The notes under the pieces: generated by a model | Told to the model about the DNA's origin: nothing | The model's database searches: none | Seen by the model: the letters and a program-made list of their open reading frames with translations, nothing else | Program-made: the position numbers and the translations under genes | Shown: piece by piece, positions 21,445 to 22,862 of the stretch | Position numbering within the stretch: position 1 is the stretch's first letter | Layout: the number at the start of each line of letters is the position of its first letter | DNA from: a virus | Lineage: Duplodnaviria > Heunggongvirae > Uroviricota > Caudoviricetes | IMG/VR virus record: IMGVR_UViG_3300020582_000005 | Reading direction: 5' to 3' (one strand) | DNA length: 22,862 nucleotides

Positions 21445-22149
21445 ATGTCTAAATTGCTAAGTGTGTCTGCCGATGCAAAGACAATCAAAGGCAAAAAGTA
21501 CGGATACCTGACTGGTATCTTGTACCTTGCGCCTAGTGACATATCAGGAATCAATGTTTGCGCTATGGCTACACCCGGCTGTAAAACGGGATGCCTGTTC
21601 ACTGCGGGACGTGCCAGCATGTATCCCAAAATTAACAAGGCTCGAATACGAAAGACTCAGGAACTATTCAGCGACCGTCAAGCTTTCCTAGATCAATTAC
21701 GCAAGGATATTAGCACAGTCGTTCGCAAGGCAAAGCGTGAACGTCTCCAGCCATGTATACGCTTGAATGGAACATCTGATCTCCCATGGATCCCCCTGCT
21801 ATTGTCTAAGGAATTTCCAGACGTACAATTCTACGACTATACCAAACTGCCCAAACCCTACACCCGGATTCGTCCGAATTATCATCTAACCTTTTCTCAT
21901 TCCGAGACTAACCTGTTTGACTGTCTCGATTCACTGTGGAATGGCGTCAATGTGGCAGTAGTATTCGACACTAAGAAGGGTAGGCCTTTGCCTGATAGCT
22001 GGCATGGTTACAAGGTTATCGATGGTGACTTGTCAGACTTGCGATTCACTGATCAGACTAGAGTAGTCGTCGGACTACGAGCGAAAGGCAAAGCTAAGAA
22101 AGATTGCTCCGGGTTTGTCGAGCCTAGCAAGCTTGTCTCTATCCTTTGA
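21445..22149 (+). CDS. GP88-like phage protein (Cys-motif, radical-SAM-like)
   Basis: NVCAMATPGCKTGCL..AGR, IRLNGTSDLPW, FYDYTK, GDLSDLRF.D...VVGLRAKG. Confidence 0.8.
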   Translation: MSKLLSVSADAKTIKGKKYGYLTGILYLAPSDISGINVCAMATPGCKTGCLFTAGRASMYPKINKARIRKTQELFSDRQAFLDQLRKDISTVVRKAKRERLQPCIRLNGTSDLPWIPLLLSKEFPDVQFYDYTKLPKPYTRIRPNYHLTFSHSETNLFDCLDSLWNGVNVAVVFDTKKGRPLPDSWHGYKVIDGDLSDLRFTDQTRVVVGLRAKGKAKKDCSGFVEPSKLVSIL

Positions 22150-22225
22150 CGTTCGATAGTAGGCCTACCACGCATTAAAGAGTAGGCCTATCGATGGCAC
22201 GTCATCCTAGCAAAGGGAGAATACT

Positions 22226-22390
22226 GTGCAATGCAAAAATTGTCATCTGCCAATTGAGGAAACAGAGATAGCCTACTCTATTCTCCGGCACCATCCGACA
22301 CTAGAGCGCATGGCAAACGTTGACGGAGTAGACGTACGAATCCCTGTCACGTTCTGTCCCGATGATCTAGGTGAAGCTACGCCAGAGTGA
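22226..22390 (+). CDS. Small CxxC-containing protein (54 aa, GTG start)
   Basis: GGGAGA SD; MQCKNCHLP... Confidence 0.6.
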   Translation: MQCKNCHLPIEETEIAYSILRHHPTLERMANVDGVDVRIPVTFCPDDLGEATPE

Positions 22391-22483
22391 TTCCTAGGCG
22401 TCTAGGCGAACGTAAAATCTTGTCTGGTAGGGAGACACTAGGCAATGTTAGCACGTGCCTAGAATCGAACGAAAGGAGCACTA

Positions 22484-22651
22484 ATGTTTGATCTATACAA
22501 TGCAAAATACTTTTGGCAGTGTGATAAATTGTTAGGTAGAAAATTGCACACTAGGGTAATCAGATTTTTCGATCACCTATTTCTAACAACGTGGCGCTAC
22601 AATCGATATGTCAAAAGGAATACCCCGGTTAAAAATTCGGGGATCGATTAA
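22484..22651 (+). CDS. Small hypothetical protein (55 aa)
   Basis: GAAAGGAGCACTA-ATG, same RBS as neighbours. Confidence 0.65.
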   Translation: MFDLYNAKYFWQCDKLLGRKLHTRVIRFFDHLFLTTWRYNRYVKRNTPVKNSGID

Positions 22652-22727
22652 GCGCTTTCGATTTTCCATTTCGGGAATCGGTCATTGAGATAGGCCTGTT
22701 CAGAATGACGAATGAAAGGATGGTCAC

Positions 22728-22862
22728 GTGGATATAGGCGAAGCACGCACACTGGCACGTCAATTAATGGATCAGCATGGACTCCAACGTTGGACGTTCC
22801 GAATAGATAAATGCAAATCTCGTTTCGGTCATTGCAACTGGCGTCGTGGTCGTATCTCTCTG
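22728..22862 (+). CDS. SprT-like protein, N-terminal part (truncated)
   Basis: ARTLARQLMDQHGL..WTF..D..KSRFGHC.....ISL pattern of phage SprT-like proteins; HEXXH beyond window. Confidence 0.6.
   Translation, partial: MDIGEARTLARQLMDQHGLQRWTFRIDKCKSRFGHCNWRRGRISL

Noticed and set aside
19294-21638. - strand and alternative-frame ORFs in the rightward operon
   Set aside because: Shadow ORFs of well-supported + strand genes that have strong SDs
1-22862. CRISPR array or tmRNA
   Set aside because: No regularly spaced identical repeats with unique spacers; no tmRNA-like acceptor plus tag region recognised

Overview
Segment of a large tailed-phage (Caudoviricetes-like) genome. 1-18.3 kb is transcribed leftward (- strand). 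It holds 33 CCA-encoding tRNA genes covering all 20 amino acids, interleaved with three HNH endonucleases, virion/adhesin-like genes (collagen-like, putative Ig domain, Thr/Gly-rich repeat protein), a GT-A glycosyltransferase and many small ORFs. At the head of this unit (16653-16951, -) is an unannotated ~300-nt RNase P RNA (rnpB-like). It has intact catalytic-domain helices, a compensated P4 and its own sigma70-type promoter, but appears to lack P8, P9 and P18. Many tRNAs are non-canonical: long variable arms on Ile-UAU, Pro-UGG and Thr-UGU, altered T-loops, and an A34 Thr. All three HNH genes end inside the downstream tRNA and have SD-occluding hairpins. 17.06-18.9 kb is largely non-coding, with TGTCAC iteron-like repeats and AT tracts (candidate origin or genome end). 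From 19.1 kb a rightward early-type operon (DUF932, GP88-like, SprT-like, small hypotheticals) is punctuated by long hairpins. All calls come from manual reading; no database search or folding program was run.
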